Shown here piece by piece: positions 16,459-31,419 of a stretch of DNA of 64,000 nt. Below the pieces are notes generated by a model. The model was given only the letters and a program-made list of their open reading frames with translations, was not told where the DNA came from and searched no databases. A program made the translations under genes and the position numbers. Source of the stretch: the human T2T-CHM13v2.0 reference genome, Homo sapiens; assembly GCF_009914755.1 (NCBI RefSeq), contig NC_060935.1, one strand, 5' to 3'. Every line of letters starts with the position of its first letter. Positions within the stretch are counted from its first letter, which is position 1.

Positions 16459-17628
16459 TCATTTGGAATTAAGTGGCATAGAAAGGTATATGAATGAATC
16501 AAAAAGGATTACACAATCTGTCATTGCTGTTAAGCTGTAGCAGCAAAGCTGGGAGGTATACATTCTTGGTGGAATTGTAAATGGTTAACATTTTTCTGGA
16601 TAGCATATGGTAATACTTATTAACAACCTTACAGTTCTTGTTTTTGTCTTAGTAATTCCACATCCAGAAATGGATCTTAAGAAAATAGAGAGCTGAATAA
16701 AGTTTCAATGTACATTTGTCTTGCTGATGTTTGTAGTGTTTAAGAATTGGAATTTATTATGATCTTTAGATTATGATTATGGTTAGCCACAGATGGACTA
16801 TTTATTCAGTTTTACATTTTTGCTCTGTTTTCTTTCTCATCAAAACTGGATGATTGGGTATTTATCATATGGATTCCAGGATTGGTCTAACTGGACCAAT
16901 GGTTGCTTCCAATTTCATGCCACAAACTCTTCTCAAAACTTTCCCAGGGATGTGAGGATCTTTAGGCCCGAGCACAGACTGTCCTGTTTGGCAGGCTTGC
17001 TTTACCACCTGCCCTGTGTCCACTTCAGCAAGTGGCCCCAAGTATGAAAGTGTACGCTATCCCTTGCTTACCTAGGAAGTCCCCTTGGCGTTTAGTTCTT
17101 TTAGATTTCTATACATTTATATTTTTTGGGTAGCTTTGAAGAAAATTTTTTTGTTTTTGTTTTTATGTGGTCACTTTTTGTTTCAGCTGAAGTGAAGGTT
17201 TTTATGTCTTTTTATAGCCTAGCAAGAAATAGATCTTCTTAAAATTCTATTTAATTTTCATAAGATGTTTGAATGTATGAGTGTTTAAGTGTTTTTTTTT
17301 TTTTGTTTTTTTTGATTGATTCATGTTTATCCTGTGGGCCATCTTTAAACGTGGTTTATAATAAAAATGCACTCAAATTAAATGTGCTTCTTTTGACCAG
17401 CATGAAAGAAGGGAGAGAACAGTATAATAATGAAAGACTATTTAAAAATAGGATTTATGAATTAGTGGGTTCAAAAATAAGTCTTTTAATTGCAATTAAT
17501 GATGTAGTTTTAAACAAGCAATGCAGTTAGGATTAGGTTTTGTATATGATACTGTACATTTAGACAAACTTGTTTTTAGAACTTTCTTTCTTCTTGGAAC
17601 TAACTAAAATGGGACATGGGTAGAATAG

Positions 17629-18117
<489 letters not shown>

Positions 18118-19408
18118 TAAATTTTTACATGTACCTGTGCACATATCTGCATTCTGTGCTCCTGTGGGCCTCTGGATAGGCAGGGTTGGATATGGTATCT
18201 CACAAGTGCATTGGGCCAGGGGTGTAGGCGCTTTTTATTTTTATTTTTTCTTTTCCTTTTCGATATCTTTAATATAGTGTATTCTTTAATGTGATTATTT
18301 TCATATGTATTACATTCTTTTTAGATGTGCCAGTGGTATTGATGGGGACAGGGCAGACTGATTCATAAATAGAATACGTTTAGCAGTAAAATTCTCCCTA
18401 TATGAAGATTATTGGACATGTCAATATAAATCAGGAAAAGATTCTAGAGGGGGGAATATTTCAAGGTTCTTGGTTCCTAGAGAAGTTGTTGAAAATTTTA
18501 TGTAGTTGAACATGCCGTGGTGAACATTAAATTGGGTCTTAATGACTGAGGAGATGAAGAGGAGTTAGAACAACATCACATTATTGTGTCTGAAGAGAGA
18601 GAATACTAATCTGAAAAAAATGTTTTAATGTAATTTTTAGTATGGTCATTAACTTTTAAAGCACAAGCCTGTTTGACCTTTTGTAACCAATTAAAAGTAT
18701 TTTTACTTGACTATTTTAGATGTATAGTATGTGGAAAGGTTTAGCATATATAATGCTTTTTTTTTTTTTTTTTCTGGCAGTTTAAAACTTGCCAATAATG
18801 GGCTTAAAGATAATTAGAACGTTTTGTGGGCCATGAGACTGAATAATTGAATTGAATAAAGGCTAAATTAAAATTAGAATCTAATTAAAATCCTGTGTAT
18901 TTGGCTGTAATTAAGACCAAGTTGCCAGATAGTGTTTGCTTTTGGAATTGAACTATAATATATCGATATAGGAAAACAAATTCATTAGCAAAATAGCTAA
19001 GATTTGGGGAATCTTTTTTTCTTTCCATATTTTAGCTAAAAAAGTGATTTGGGTACTTTTGTCTTGAAGTACCTAATTCTGTATTAATTAATTTTACCTT
19101 TCTAAATTCCTTTTGATCTATAGCAGTTGAGAAATTTCCCTGTATTTTCCTTAACCAGCACACCCCTTTTAACAAAATGATCTCCTTTAGAGATAAGTGA
19201 GGCCAGGTATATGAATATAGTTTTATAATGCTCTATCCTGTGATACATTCTGTCACTTTAAAAAGCAATTCTCTTTAGGGCTTATAGTTCTTTTGGTACA
19301 AAACCAAGCTCTTCCAGTTTTTATAAAAATGTCCAGTTGAAAGTAGAAAATATTTGGGAATGGAAAATAGACATCAGATATTCTCAACTTTAAAAAATGT
19401 TTTTATTT

Positions 19409-19433
19409 GGGGAGGGTAGGGGAGGGTTGTGGG
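19409..19433 (+). other. Canonical G-quadruplex motif
   Basis: ggggagggtaggggagggttgtggg: five G-runs of 3 or more with 1-4 nt loops. Confidence 0.6.
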
Positions 19434-19582
19434 TAGAAGATGGGCATTTATATATAACTATTTTTTTTCCCCAGAATAGTAGAAGATAAAATAATTTCAG
19501 CAATATTCTAATTTAGCCTTATGTGCCTGGCTACATTTTGTGGCGCTCAGAAATTCTGTAACATAAGGAGCAGAATGTGATT

Positions 19583-19597
19583 CCACTAGGGGACAGC
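19583..19597 (+). promoter_or_regulatory. Putative CTCF binding site
   Basis: CCACTAGGGGACAGC is one mismatch from the CTCF core CCACTAGGGGGCAGC, in non-repeat sequence. Confidence 0.5.
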
Positions 19598-20199
19598 AGA
19601 GGCCAAACCTTAGCATTGCACACTCACTGGCAGCAGCTTAGATCTTAGAAAAGAGGAAGATGGCCACTAGTTAAAATCTGTAATAACTTCTGAAGAGTTC
19701 ATGGCTGGTTGTGGGAGAATACTGGTACTTTATGGAATAGCTAATGAGAATTTTTTAATAGTGTCTTTAATTGGTTTGTGAATTGAAATAATAAAAGTAA
19801 AAAGACAGTTTTCATGAGCATTAACTTTCCAAGGCTTACCATGTGTACCTTAGATATAAGATAGGAGCAATCTTTGTTAGTGAAAATGATTTCTTTAATT
19901 CCTTTAGCTTACATTTGTGAAGGTCTGCAGTCTGCTCCTCGTAGATAGTGGCTGATGCTTCTTTACGTGACCTGCTTTTGTTGGTATCTATGATTTAAAG
20001 GTTGCATAAAAGGTCACAGCAAATTTATTTTGCATCTTGAAGCAATGAGGAGCTGGGGGAGAGTATAGCCAGTATGGCTGTAGGAGTAGATAAGGAGGGC
20101 TGATATTTCTTAGGAGTCTATTTCCCAGGTACCCTTGGGAGTATTTCTTAGGAGTCTGTTTCCCAGGCACCCCTTAGGAATAGGGGTGCCCCCACTTTA

Positions 20200-20730
20200 T
20201 TCTCCTGTCTAGTCAATACAGCAGGCACAGTGTTCCTTCTAAAACATAAGTCGGATTATATCACTCCTCTGATGGCATACCATTTCACTCAGAGTGAAAG
20301 CCAATGACCCCCTGGGCCTAAACTATTCATCCGTTTCCCCCCAGTTTGCTAGTATTCTCCCCTTGTTCTCTATGCTCCGTACTGGTCTTGCTGTTTCTTT
20401 TATGTGCCAGGCGTGCTTTTGCCCGTAGGGCCTTTATACTGGTGCTGTCTCTTTTCTGCTGGAATGCATTTTCCTCAAGTATCCACATGGCTGTCTTCCT
20501 CACCCTCCCCAACCACTCCTTTTAACCCTGCTTGACATTCCTTTCTCCAAAGTCCTTTATCACCTTCAAATATACTGGAGTATTTACTTAGTATATTTTT
20601 ACATTGCTTTCACCTTGATTGTAAGTTCCATAAAGGCAGCAATGTTTGTCTAGTATATTGATGTACCCTAAGTGCTTAGAACAGGACCTGACATGTAGTA
20701 GACATTTGAGATAGTGATTCAGACTCATGA
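20200..20730. mobile_element. L2 remnant
   Basis: L2 3'-like stretches (tgtaagttccataaaggcag...gtgcttagaacaggacctgacatgtagtagacattt). Confidence 0.6.
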
Positions 20731-20748
20731 ATCAGATCTTACCTAATA

Positions 20749-21287
20749 TGTTAATTATTTATTGTTGTATAACAAATTGACCCATGGCTTGGTGGTTTAA
20801 AGCAATAACCATTTGTTATCGCAGCAACCATTTATCTTGTAGCTTCTGTGGGTCAGGTACCCAGTGTGGTTCATCTGGGTCCTCTGGCTCTCAGTCTATC
20901 ACAAGGCTGTAATGAAGGTGTCAGATGGTACTTTAAGGTTCAGCTAGGGTTGCATTCATTCTCAGATTTATTCACATGGTTGTTTCCAGATTCATTTCCT
21001 CCTCTGCTGTTGGTCAGAGGCATCTCTCAGTTCCTTTTCATCTGGTCTTCTTCACAGGATAGCCACAACATGGTAACTGACCTCATCAGAGAGGGCAAAT
21101 GACAGCTGAGGGAGAGAAAGATGAAGCAGTAATGTCTTTCATGACCTAGACTTGGAAGTCACAGTCCATCTTTCCTGTAACATCCTGGGGTTGCATGTCA
21201 GTTCTGTTCCTTGTAGGGGGACTACACAAGGGTGTCAATACCAGGAGGTGCAGATTATTGGGAGTTGTTTTATAAGCTGCCTACCAC
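20749..21287. mobile_element. MaLR (MLT1-like) solo LTR
   Basis: Starts tgtta...gtataacaaattgaccc...ggtttaaagcaataaccattt and ends ctgcctaccaca. Confidence 0.65.
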
Positions 21288-23202
21288 ACCCAACATCAAA
21301 TTTTACCTCTGATTTCAAGGATAAAAACAATCCTGAGGTAGAAGTGAAACAAGAAGAGGTGTGGGATCTCCACTATAGCTCCCTGGTTATTTTCTTGCCA
21401 AATTAGGGCATGCTCTGGCCCAGGTTAACATAGGAGACTCTAAATAGTGTGTGGCTTAGATGGACACTTGCATAGATGGACTATTTGTATACTCGGTTAC
21501 AAAGCCCACCAGAGAAACATACTTTCAAATCCATAAATTGTGAACAACCATGGTGCATCCTATTAAAAGCCTCTCATAGGTGAGGACTCTCACCTAGCAA
21601 ATACCATGTTTGTTTCCCTGGAGATCTGTCATTAATATGTTTTCTAGGAGATTTGACCATATCACTTTTATTGGGGTGGAGGGAGCGCAGGGCATCCTCT
21701 TCCCTACCTCCCACCCCTGTACCACACAAAGAACGAATGGACTGTGGTTTAGCCTTTTGCTTCCCAAACTCAATAAATATTTGTATGAATAAACTCATTT
21801 AGCCCATAGAACAACTCATGAAAGAGGTTCTCATATTAGGAAACTCTTTCTCAGAGACTTTGAGGTAGATTATGTCGATGATTTCTCAGTTTAGTAAGTA
21901 CCAGGCCTGGGATTTATGCTTAGATCTTTCTGACTCTAGAACTCATTCTTGCCAGTGTGCCCTGATCCAGCTGTTTACATCTAATGGATTACATCTAATA
22001 GCGCAGACCTGCAGCTCCCATGCAGGGCTTCTAGAATGCATGAGAGCCAGTTACTGGGAGAAGAAAGGTAGATGTCTTCAAATTTGTTGACATTTGTGGT
22101 CATGAAGACGAACTAGTATATGCATTTTCTTTCTTTGGACTATGAGAGATAGACATCCTGTAGTTGTTCCATCACTGCTTTTAGAAAGTCAGGAATCTTA
22201 GGTTTGAATTTGACTTTGTCACTAATGACCGTGTACCCTTGGACAAGTCTTTAACTTCTCTAAGCCTCAGTTTCTTCTCTGGTAAAATGGGGTTAATTGT
22301 ATCTAACTCTTATTTCCTGGAAGTATAATTTTAGGTAGCAGTACCACTTTGATTTGCGGTTTCTTTTTATTCTTAATGTGTTACAATTTACCTTTTTTTT
22401 TTTTAATTCTTTTCAGGGGACAAAGTTGATAGAATTTAATGATTTCTACCCTTTCTCTGTGAACCCCATAAATCCTTGTTCTTAGTCAGTGCTAGAAGCT
22501 TTCCATGCAATACGTATTAGCCAGCTTGGTTTCTCTCTAATTACTTACAGTGAACTTCATTTGTCACTGTTGGGCCTGACATGGTATACCTGTTTGTTAT
22601 TTGAGATCTTAAGGTGCAGATGACTTTCTTTTCCCCAGAATATTTCCAAACCTGTTCTTTTTTCCTTTTTTAAATCTAGTATAGAATCGTCAGACATTCC
22701 ATAAGTCAGAGATACCCTTTTTCTTGGAATAAGCTCTCCTTTGTACCATGTTGTGCAGGAGGAACAGAACAGTTGGACTCAGATCCCTTATGGCTGTCTT
22801 TCTGCACCTGCATAACAGACTGCACTGTTCTCCCCCAGTGACATGAAATCTTGGGGATGGTTGTCATAGGTAAGGCTGAGGTATAGGGAGAATAGAAGGA
22901 GATACAGGGCGGGAAAAAGAGAGGACTGTGCGATAGTAGAGCGTAACCAACAAATGTCTCCCTTTCTCCACTTCTTGATTATTGTATTGTGAGCAGTGAC
23001 TAGCATATCAGTAGTCAGAGTTGTAGAGTTTTAGATCCTAAAGGGACATAAATCAGTCAATTGTATAATGTAGAAATAAGAAAATGTAGTAAATAGTGAT
23101 TTATTTTATCTAAAGTTATACAGCTAATAGCTAATAGTACAACAGGACTAGAACCCAGTTCTTTTGACTCTAAATCTGGTGTTTTTTCTTTCTTCTTCTT
23201 CT

Positions 23203-23509
<307 letters not shown>

Positions 23510-24599
23510 AAGTTTGGAGTTTTATCTGCTGAAACAGCTTCTAGTGTTCACTCACCAAATATTTGTTGTGCATGTTTTAGGGACACATGACACATGACAC
23601 ATGCCCTCAAATTTAATAATCAAGATAAGGACATATACTGATATTGGTAGTACTAGGATGTATGTTAAATAAGGTAAGAGTGAAACAAAAGATATAGGTC
23701 TTAAAAACATAGTTTTTTTAAAAAACTTATTTTTAATAACTTGTAGTACAAAAATAATGCTTACTAACTGTACAGATTCTAGACAATAATGACAAAACAA
23801 TTAAAATCACCTAAAATCCACCACTTAGAAATGTTTTTTTCGTGTATGTCTGTATATATTTTTTCTAGTTACAAAAATGGGATTGTTCTAAATAAACTTT
23901 TTGTAACCTAACTTGTAACATGGAGAACCAGGCTAAGAGAACTGAGGGTGGCTAGGCAGTTGTGAATAGCGTATCACAGACCATGGTAGGACAATAGTGG
24001 GAAGGATGAATGAGCAAAGTTTAAGGGACAATTAAAGACCCAACTAGAATGGAGTTGATGGGTTGGAGAATCTGAATTTGAGTGGTAGAAGGCAAATTAT
24101 TGCTAGAATGGCAGGGCTTTTTTCCTGCCTCTGGCTCTAGTTTGTTTGAAGGTTATTTCAGTGGAAGAATTAACTGGTACACCCAAGCCAATGGACTGGA
24201 TTCCTATTTTAACTAGAAATACTAGTGAGCTGCAGGATGTGGAGATAAGCTTTCTGATATCAGCTAGACAATCATGACCAATCTGTTGAGTATTCTTGTT
24301 TCTGGAGGGAATTCTGGTATAACTGAAAAAGTGGTGGATTTAGAGGTTTAAAGTCTCTGATATTAGTAACCAGCTGATTTTAGGCCAACCTCTTGGGCTC
24401 TCAGAAATACTATTTTGTATTGCTACTTCCTACTGGTTGCTTGCTTTTAAGATCTGCAAGTTTATATATTAATACAAAAAATGTTTTTCATAAATTTGGA
24501 AGAGCTGCATAAATTAAATATAGTATTGATATTGATGGCAAAAATGAAATTTTGTTTCAGATGCTTTTTATCGGGCGGCTAGACTCTGTTAAAATAGTT

Positions 24600-24830
24600 C
24601 ATCATGGTGACTAGTTAATAATACTGTATTGTATTCTTGAAAAATGCTGAGAGTGGATGTTAAATGTTCTCACCACAAAAATGATAACTCTGTGAGGTAA
24701 TGCATATTTTAATTAGCTAGACTTAACTATTCCACAATGTGTGTATACTAAGACACAATGTGTATACTCTAAGATATCATGTTGTACATGATAAATATAA
24801 TTTATCGATTTGAAATAAATATGTTTTGAA
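24600..24830 (+). mobile_element. L1MA 3'UTR fragment
   Basis: gttaataatactgtattgtattcttgaaaaatgctgagagtggatgttaaatgttctcaccacaaaa. Confidence 0.7.
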
Positions 24831-24866
24831 AACAAATCTGTCTAAATATAGAATTTTAAAGTGTAG

Positions 24867-25157
<291 letters not shown>

Positions 25158-27492
25158 TAAAGTGTAGATCTTTTGAAGAACACTTATTTCTTATATGTTT
25201 AGCCTTGGGCCTTGAATATTGCTTTTGAAATCTAAAAGCTTGCTCATGGGTAAATAGACTTTGTTCTTGCAAGCATTTTTTAAAAAAGTGAAATGTTCTT
25301 ATGCCTTCTTTTAAAAAGTGCTTTTATTCTAGAATAAAAGCTTACTGGGGAACTTTTGGTATTAGCGTGTGGGAGATAACTTGTGGTTTATGTTTTAGGG
25401 AAAAGATGTGTGTAATGTAAAATAGGTAAAATGGCCAGTAATCTTTTTAATGGGTGCTTGCCTTATGGATTTGACTTTGGGCATTTTCCATTTTCCATTG
25501 GGAGTCTTTTTCTTCTAAAATTCCACTGTTACTATTTGTCTTAACCTTGTGTAGCCTTCTATATATATTCTGTTAGCTGTGGCTTTAAAAGGTTTGATCA
25601 TGGGCCCTTTGTGACTTTAGTCCTGACTCATCCTCCCAGGTGCTCCCTGGGAATGAGTAGATGAGATGGACAGAGGTGTGACTAGCCTTATTATTCCTTT
25701 CTAGGAGTCAGTTGGAACATGAGAGAACATTGAGTGAATGCCTTTTTGGTCTCCTAGGTTCTCTTACTCTTTGCCAAAGTTCTTGCCCTATGTAGATTTG
25801 TGGGCCTATTTATTTCATCTTGCCATCTATGAACTTGAATATAGAGTATTAAAAGGATTGACTGTTGCCTAGCCCTCAGCTCACTGTTCTCTGTCCTTAT
25901 GGTTCCAAACAGAATAAGCCTTTCTACTTCTGAAGGTAATTCGCTTAACCTCAAGAGTCTGGCTGCCTCAAGGGCGTTTTGGAAGTGTACTGCTTAGGAG
26001 TCAGCATTAACTGATTCCTGTCCTCTTTGGACCTGCAATCTTTCCTTGGTGGAGTGTGAGAGCTTCAGAAGTTACGACATCTCTCCATTATCTTGTCTGC
26101 TCAGTGTGTCACCTCACTGCTTCATGTGCTAGTGAATGCTGCCTTCATACATGGTTTGGTCCCATACTGCTTAGGGGTCTGCTTTAAATTCATACTTTTG
26201 TTAGTGAACGAAGATGAAGATCTTTGAGTCATATTATTTTGTGTTAAAATACTATGAGGAAGGTATTTGGTATTAGTCTTTCAGTTCTAAAACAGATAAT
26301 TGGTGAAAGTAGTAAATTGTATGTTCAGCCTCCCTCTGTCCCCTGTCTGTTGACTAGAAAAAGCAAGTAGGTGTGAAGAAGATGAAAGTATCCACTGGAC
26401 TCTCAAATGGTGCCTTATCCCATGGAAAACTCGACTACCCCATCTATATCCCTTCCCCTAATGTCGGACAAATTCCTAATTATTCTTTAGGTCTTAGTTT
26501 AGATGTTGGTTTCTCCAGGCAGTGCCACCTCTCAGTATGTCAAAGCCAGTTTTTCCTTCCAGCATTTGATGATAAAATTCTACTTACATATTGGTGGTAT
26601 TCAATCTCTGTATGCAGAGACATTCTGGGGCCTCTAAAAGCAGGCTCTAATGTACCTTTCTAGCAATCTTTCCTGCTGTTTGTGTACGCTGGCTTCAGTG
26701 GAATTTCTCTTTTTCTTATTCACTCTTTAATACATTTTCCTTGTATTTTCTGGCTTCCACTCCCTTGTTCATGCCATTCTCCTCCTTTGTAGTACCTTAT
26801 TCTCTTCACTACTTTAGATGCTAATGACTTCCGGCTGCATGGATGGTTTAGTCCAATACTGCCTAGGGGGACAGCTTTAAACTTGTATTTCTTTTCCATC
26901 TTCAAGGCCCACCTGAAATTTCATTTCATATTCTATGACATGTTTTTGTTTTTCTCTGGCTAACCCTGAGTGGCCTCTTTTCCTTTCTGAGTTGGTGTTT
27001 ATTGCCCATGGTTGTCCTTTAGCACCTACTTATTTACTGTTTTGTGACTGTTCTCTTGACTGTTTTACTTGTGTGTTTGTTTTTTCTAGTTAACAGGAAC
27101 ATTAGATCACTGGAGACAGGGATTTTCATCTTCTGTTTCTTTATGTTCTTTACAGTTCATGCCCACCCACCACAAAGTTTCTCAGTAAAAAGTTTATTTG
27201 CTTCTCACATTTTATAGTATGAATCCTGGTGAGAGTGCTTTGAGATTTTTTCTTCTTTTTATTTAAAAAATTTCTCCAAGTATCCGTTGTGTTCTCTGTT
27301 TTACTGCTTGTATGTAATGGCTGACATTAAGGTATTGGGAAAATCTGTATGCAAGTAGCACAAGAAGCTTAGTAACTACAGGATGTCTTGTGGCCCATGT
27401 CAGTACAAATTTCTGAAGATGCAGCAGGAAATAAGATTTTACTAGGTGAGGGAAGAGAAGTAACATGGATTGGAGGCAAGCATTTTACTTGA

Positions 27493-27801
<309 letters not shown>

Positions 27802-28268
27802 GAACAGATCTATTTCTTATAACTAATGCTTCAGAACAATTTTACTTCCAAGGTGTAAATAAAATCCCCAGGAAGAGGAATTGATTTTTTTTAAAAAAAG
27901 TATATATTGGGTGCTGTATTTATTCAAAGATTAACTTTATTATGATCCTCTAGTGGCTTGAGTGAGAAATTGTCTCCTTGTTATATGGGTAGAGAGCTAT
28001 TTAAGAAAATCTCTTTAATTGATTTCTTTCTTAGAATTTAGATCATCATCTGTGGAACAGCCTAAAAGTCACTGGGAATGATAACTAGTGATGAAAATGA
28101 TATGAGGTGTTCAGAGCCCTAGTTTTCTGTTATCAGAGATTAAAAGCCAGTCTCTGACATTTAATGGTTAGACAAAAATGGTTTCCATGTTTACCTATGC
28201 ATCACTCTGTTAAAATGTAAAATGCAGATTGCATTGATGTGTTAAAGATTTTGTTTCTTTTTGTTTAG

Positions 28269-28367
28269 GTACAAAGAGGATGGTGAAGCTTTGCTAATTT
28301 TGCTACCCTCAGAAAAAGCTATGGTGCAGCAGCTTCTTCAGAAGAAAGTACCTGTGAAGGAAATCAA
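28269..28367 (+). CDS. DDX10: DDX10 coding exon (~exon 10, 99 bp)
   Basis: gtttag|G and AA|gtaaga; encodes YKEDGEALLILLPSEKAMVQQLLQKKVPVKEIK; phase 2/2 is consistent. Confidence 0.95.
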
Positions 28368-29054
28368 GTAAGAGCTACTTGTTGTCTTTATGTTTTTAGG
28401 AAAATGAGGGCATGAAATTGTTTGCTTAATTATGTGCACCTAATTTGCTCCTTCCCCTAATTTATTCAACTGCCTGGTTTGACTTTTATAAAAAGGCTCT
28501 TTTTAGAACAGTTTTAGGTTCACAGGAAAATTGAGAGGAAGATAGATTTCTCATATACCCCATTCCCCAAACATGCACAGCCTCTGCCATTATCAACGTC
28601 CCCCACCAGAATACATCTGCTACAATTGATGAACCTATGTTGATGTTATTCACCAAGGTCCATAGTTTACACTAGGGTTCATTCTTGGTGGTGTCCATTC
28701 TGTGTGCTTGCACAAATGTGTAATGATGCATACCTACCATTTTAATATCATATGGCAGTTTTCACTGCTCTAAAAATCCTGTGCTCTGCCTATTTATTCC
28801 CCTCCCCTCCCCCTGAACCTCTGACAACTACTGATCTTTTTACTGTCTCCATAGTTTTATTTCCAGAATGTCATATATTATAGTTGGAATTATACGGTAC
28901 CTAGCCTTTTCATATTGGCTTCTTTCACTTAGTAGTATGCATTTAAGTTTCCTCCATGTCTTTTCATGGCTTCATAGTACATTTCCTTTTAGTACTGAAT
29001 AACATTTCATTGTCTGGACGCAACAGTTTTTATTCACCTACTGAAGGAGATTTT

Positions 29055-29419
29055 TTTGTTAGTTTTGTTTTGACCTTGTTTATATAACCAGCTATAGCCT
29101 GGTTATAAAAAGGACAGATTTGTATTGATTTTATACAAATAACCACATTGCCATAAAGGCTAGTAAGTTGTCTGAATTCTGAGGGGTCAGGGAGAATAAG
29201 GTGCTATATAAAGAATGTCATTTATAGGTTACTAAATAGAGGGTTAAAGATAGATCAAGAAGAGAAAAGATCTTTTCATTCCCTTAATAAAAATATGTTA
29301 AACCACATCAGTAATATTAAAACCAAAAAGCTACAATTAGATTCTTCTCAGCAGTTCCCTTAATCCTACTTAAGTCTTATAACTAGTGGATGTTGGATTA
29401 ACGTTCAGCTTTCAAAGGT
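29055..29419 (-). other. Orphan TSD-flanked insertion of non-repeat-looking sequence inside an old L1MB
   Basis: Direct repeats ctgaaggagatttt (29041-29054) and ctgaaggacatctt (29420-29433); T-rich tail on the left; the same L1M sequence is uninterrupted at ~8175. Confidence 0.7.
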
Positions 29420-30100
29420 CTGAAGGACATCTTAATTGCTTCCAAGCTTTGGCAGTTATTAGTAAACCTGCTATAAACATCCATGTGAAGGTTTTTGTGT
29501 AGACCTAAGTTTTCAACTCCTTTGGATAAATATTACCAAGGAGCTTGATTGCTGGGTCAGAAGGTAAGAATATGTTTCATTTTGTAAGAAGCTGCCAAAC
29601 TGTCTTCCAAAGTGGCTACACCATTTTGAATTCCTGCCAGCAATTAATGAGAGTTCCTGTTGCTCCACATTCTTGCCAGCATTTGTAGATATTCTTTATC
29701 AAGGTGAGGAAATTGTCCTCTATTCCTAGTTTACTGAGTTAAAAAAAAAAAAAAAAAAGATCATGAGTGGATATTGGATTTTGTTAAAAAAAATTTTTTT
29801 TTTAAAATCTGATGAGATCATGTGATTTTTTTTTTTTCTTTTTTAGCCTGGTGATGTGATGGAGTACATTAAGGTCTTTTTTTTTTTTTTTGGAATGTTA
29901 AACCAGCCTTGCATTCCTGGGATAATTCTCACTTGGTTATGATGTATAATGATTTTTATATCTTGTTGGATTCAATGTGCTAATATTTTGTTAGATTTAT
30001 ACCTAAATGTTTCATTTTTGGGAGTGCTAATAATGTAAATGGTATTGTTTTTAGTTTCAAATTCCATTTATTTATTGCTGGTAAATTGGTGTTCATAGTA

Positions 30101-30359
30101 TTTTTTTTTTTTTTGAGACAGAGTCTTGCTCTGTCGTTCAGGCTAGAGTGCAGTCTTGCAATCTTGGCTCACTGGAACCTCTACCTCCTGGGTTCAGGCA
30201 ATTCTCATGCCTCAGCCTCCCAAGAAGCTAGAATTACAGGCATGTGCCACCATGCCTGGCTAAATTTTGTATTTTTAGTAGAGATGGGGTCTTGCCATGT
30301 TGGCCAGGCTGGTCTCGAACTCCTGGCCTCAAACAATCTGCCTGCCTTGGCCTCCCAAA
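30101..30359 (-). mobile_element. AluJ/S, slightly 5'-truncated
   Basis: TSD tgttcatagta. Confidence 0.88.
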
Positions 30360-31419
30360 TTTGTTCATAGTAGTCTTTTTATCCTTTTGATGTCTGTGGG
30401 TTTTGTGGTGATGTTCCCTTTTTCATTTGTGATAAAAACAGGAAAGTGATTAGCTTTTGTATATTAATCTTCAATCTTGTAGTCTTGCTATGATTGCTTA
30501 TTAGTCTAGAAGTTTCTTTGTCCATTCTTTTCGATTTCCTATATAGATGATCATGGATCTGTGAACAAAGCCAGTTTTATTTCTTTCCCAATCGGTATGC
30601 CTTTTATTTCCTTTTCTTGTCTTATTGCATTAATTAGGACTTCTAGAATGATGTTGGACAGCAGTGGTGAGAGGGGACATCATTGCTTTTTTCCTGATCT
30701 TAGCGGGAGAGCTTCCAGTTTCTCACCATGAAGTATGATATTAGCAGTAGGTTTTTTGTATTTGTTGAGGACTTGCATCTATCATTATGAGTGATATTGG
30801 TCTGTAGTTTTTTCTCCCCTGTAGTGGCCTCATAGAATGAGTTAGGAAGTATTCCCTCTGACTCTGTCTTCTGAAAGAGATTATAGGAAATTGGCATTTC
30901 TTTCTTAAATGTTTGGTAGAATTTATGGGCGAGCCCATCTGGGCTTGGTGATTTCTGTTTTGGAAGGTTATGAATTATTGATTCAATTTCTTTAATAGAT
31001 AGTAGCCTATTGAGAGTGTTTATTTCTTGTAAGAGTTTGGCAGATTTTGTCATTCAAGGAATTGGTCCATTTCATCTAGGTTATCAAATATGTGGGCATA
31101 GAGGTGTTCATAATCTTTTTATCCTTTTTATGTCCATGGGATTTGTAATGATATTCCTTCTTTCATTTCTAATAATAACTTGTATCCTTTTGTTTTCTTA
31201 GTATGGTTATAGGCTTATGACTTTTTTTAGTTGTTTATTTTTTTCAAAGAACCAGCTCTTGGTTTAATTTTTTCCCCCCTATTGATTTCCTGTTTTCAAT
31301 TTCAGTCATTTCTACTCTAGTTCTTATTTATTCTGCTTGCTTTTGATTTAATTTACCCCTTTTCTGTTTCCCAAGTTGGAACTGTAGATGATTGATTTTT
31401 AGGTACTTTCTTTCTAATA

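Noticed and set aside
24730-24775. Short duplicated cacaatgtgt...tatact units
   Set aside because: Local slippage inside an L1MA fragment.
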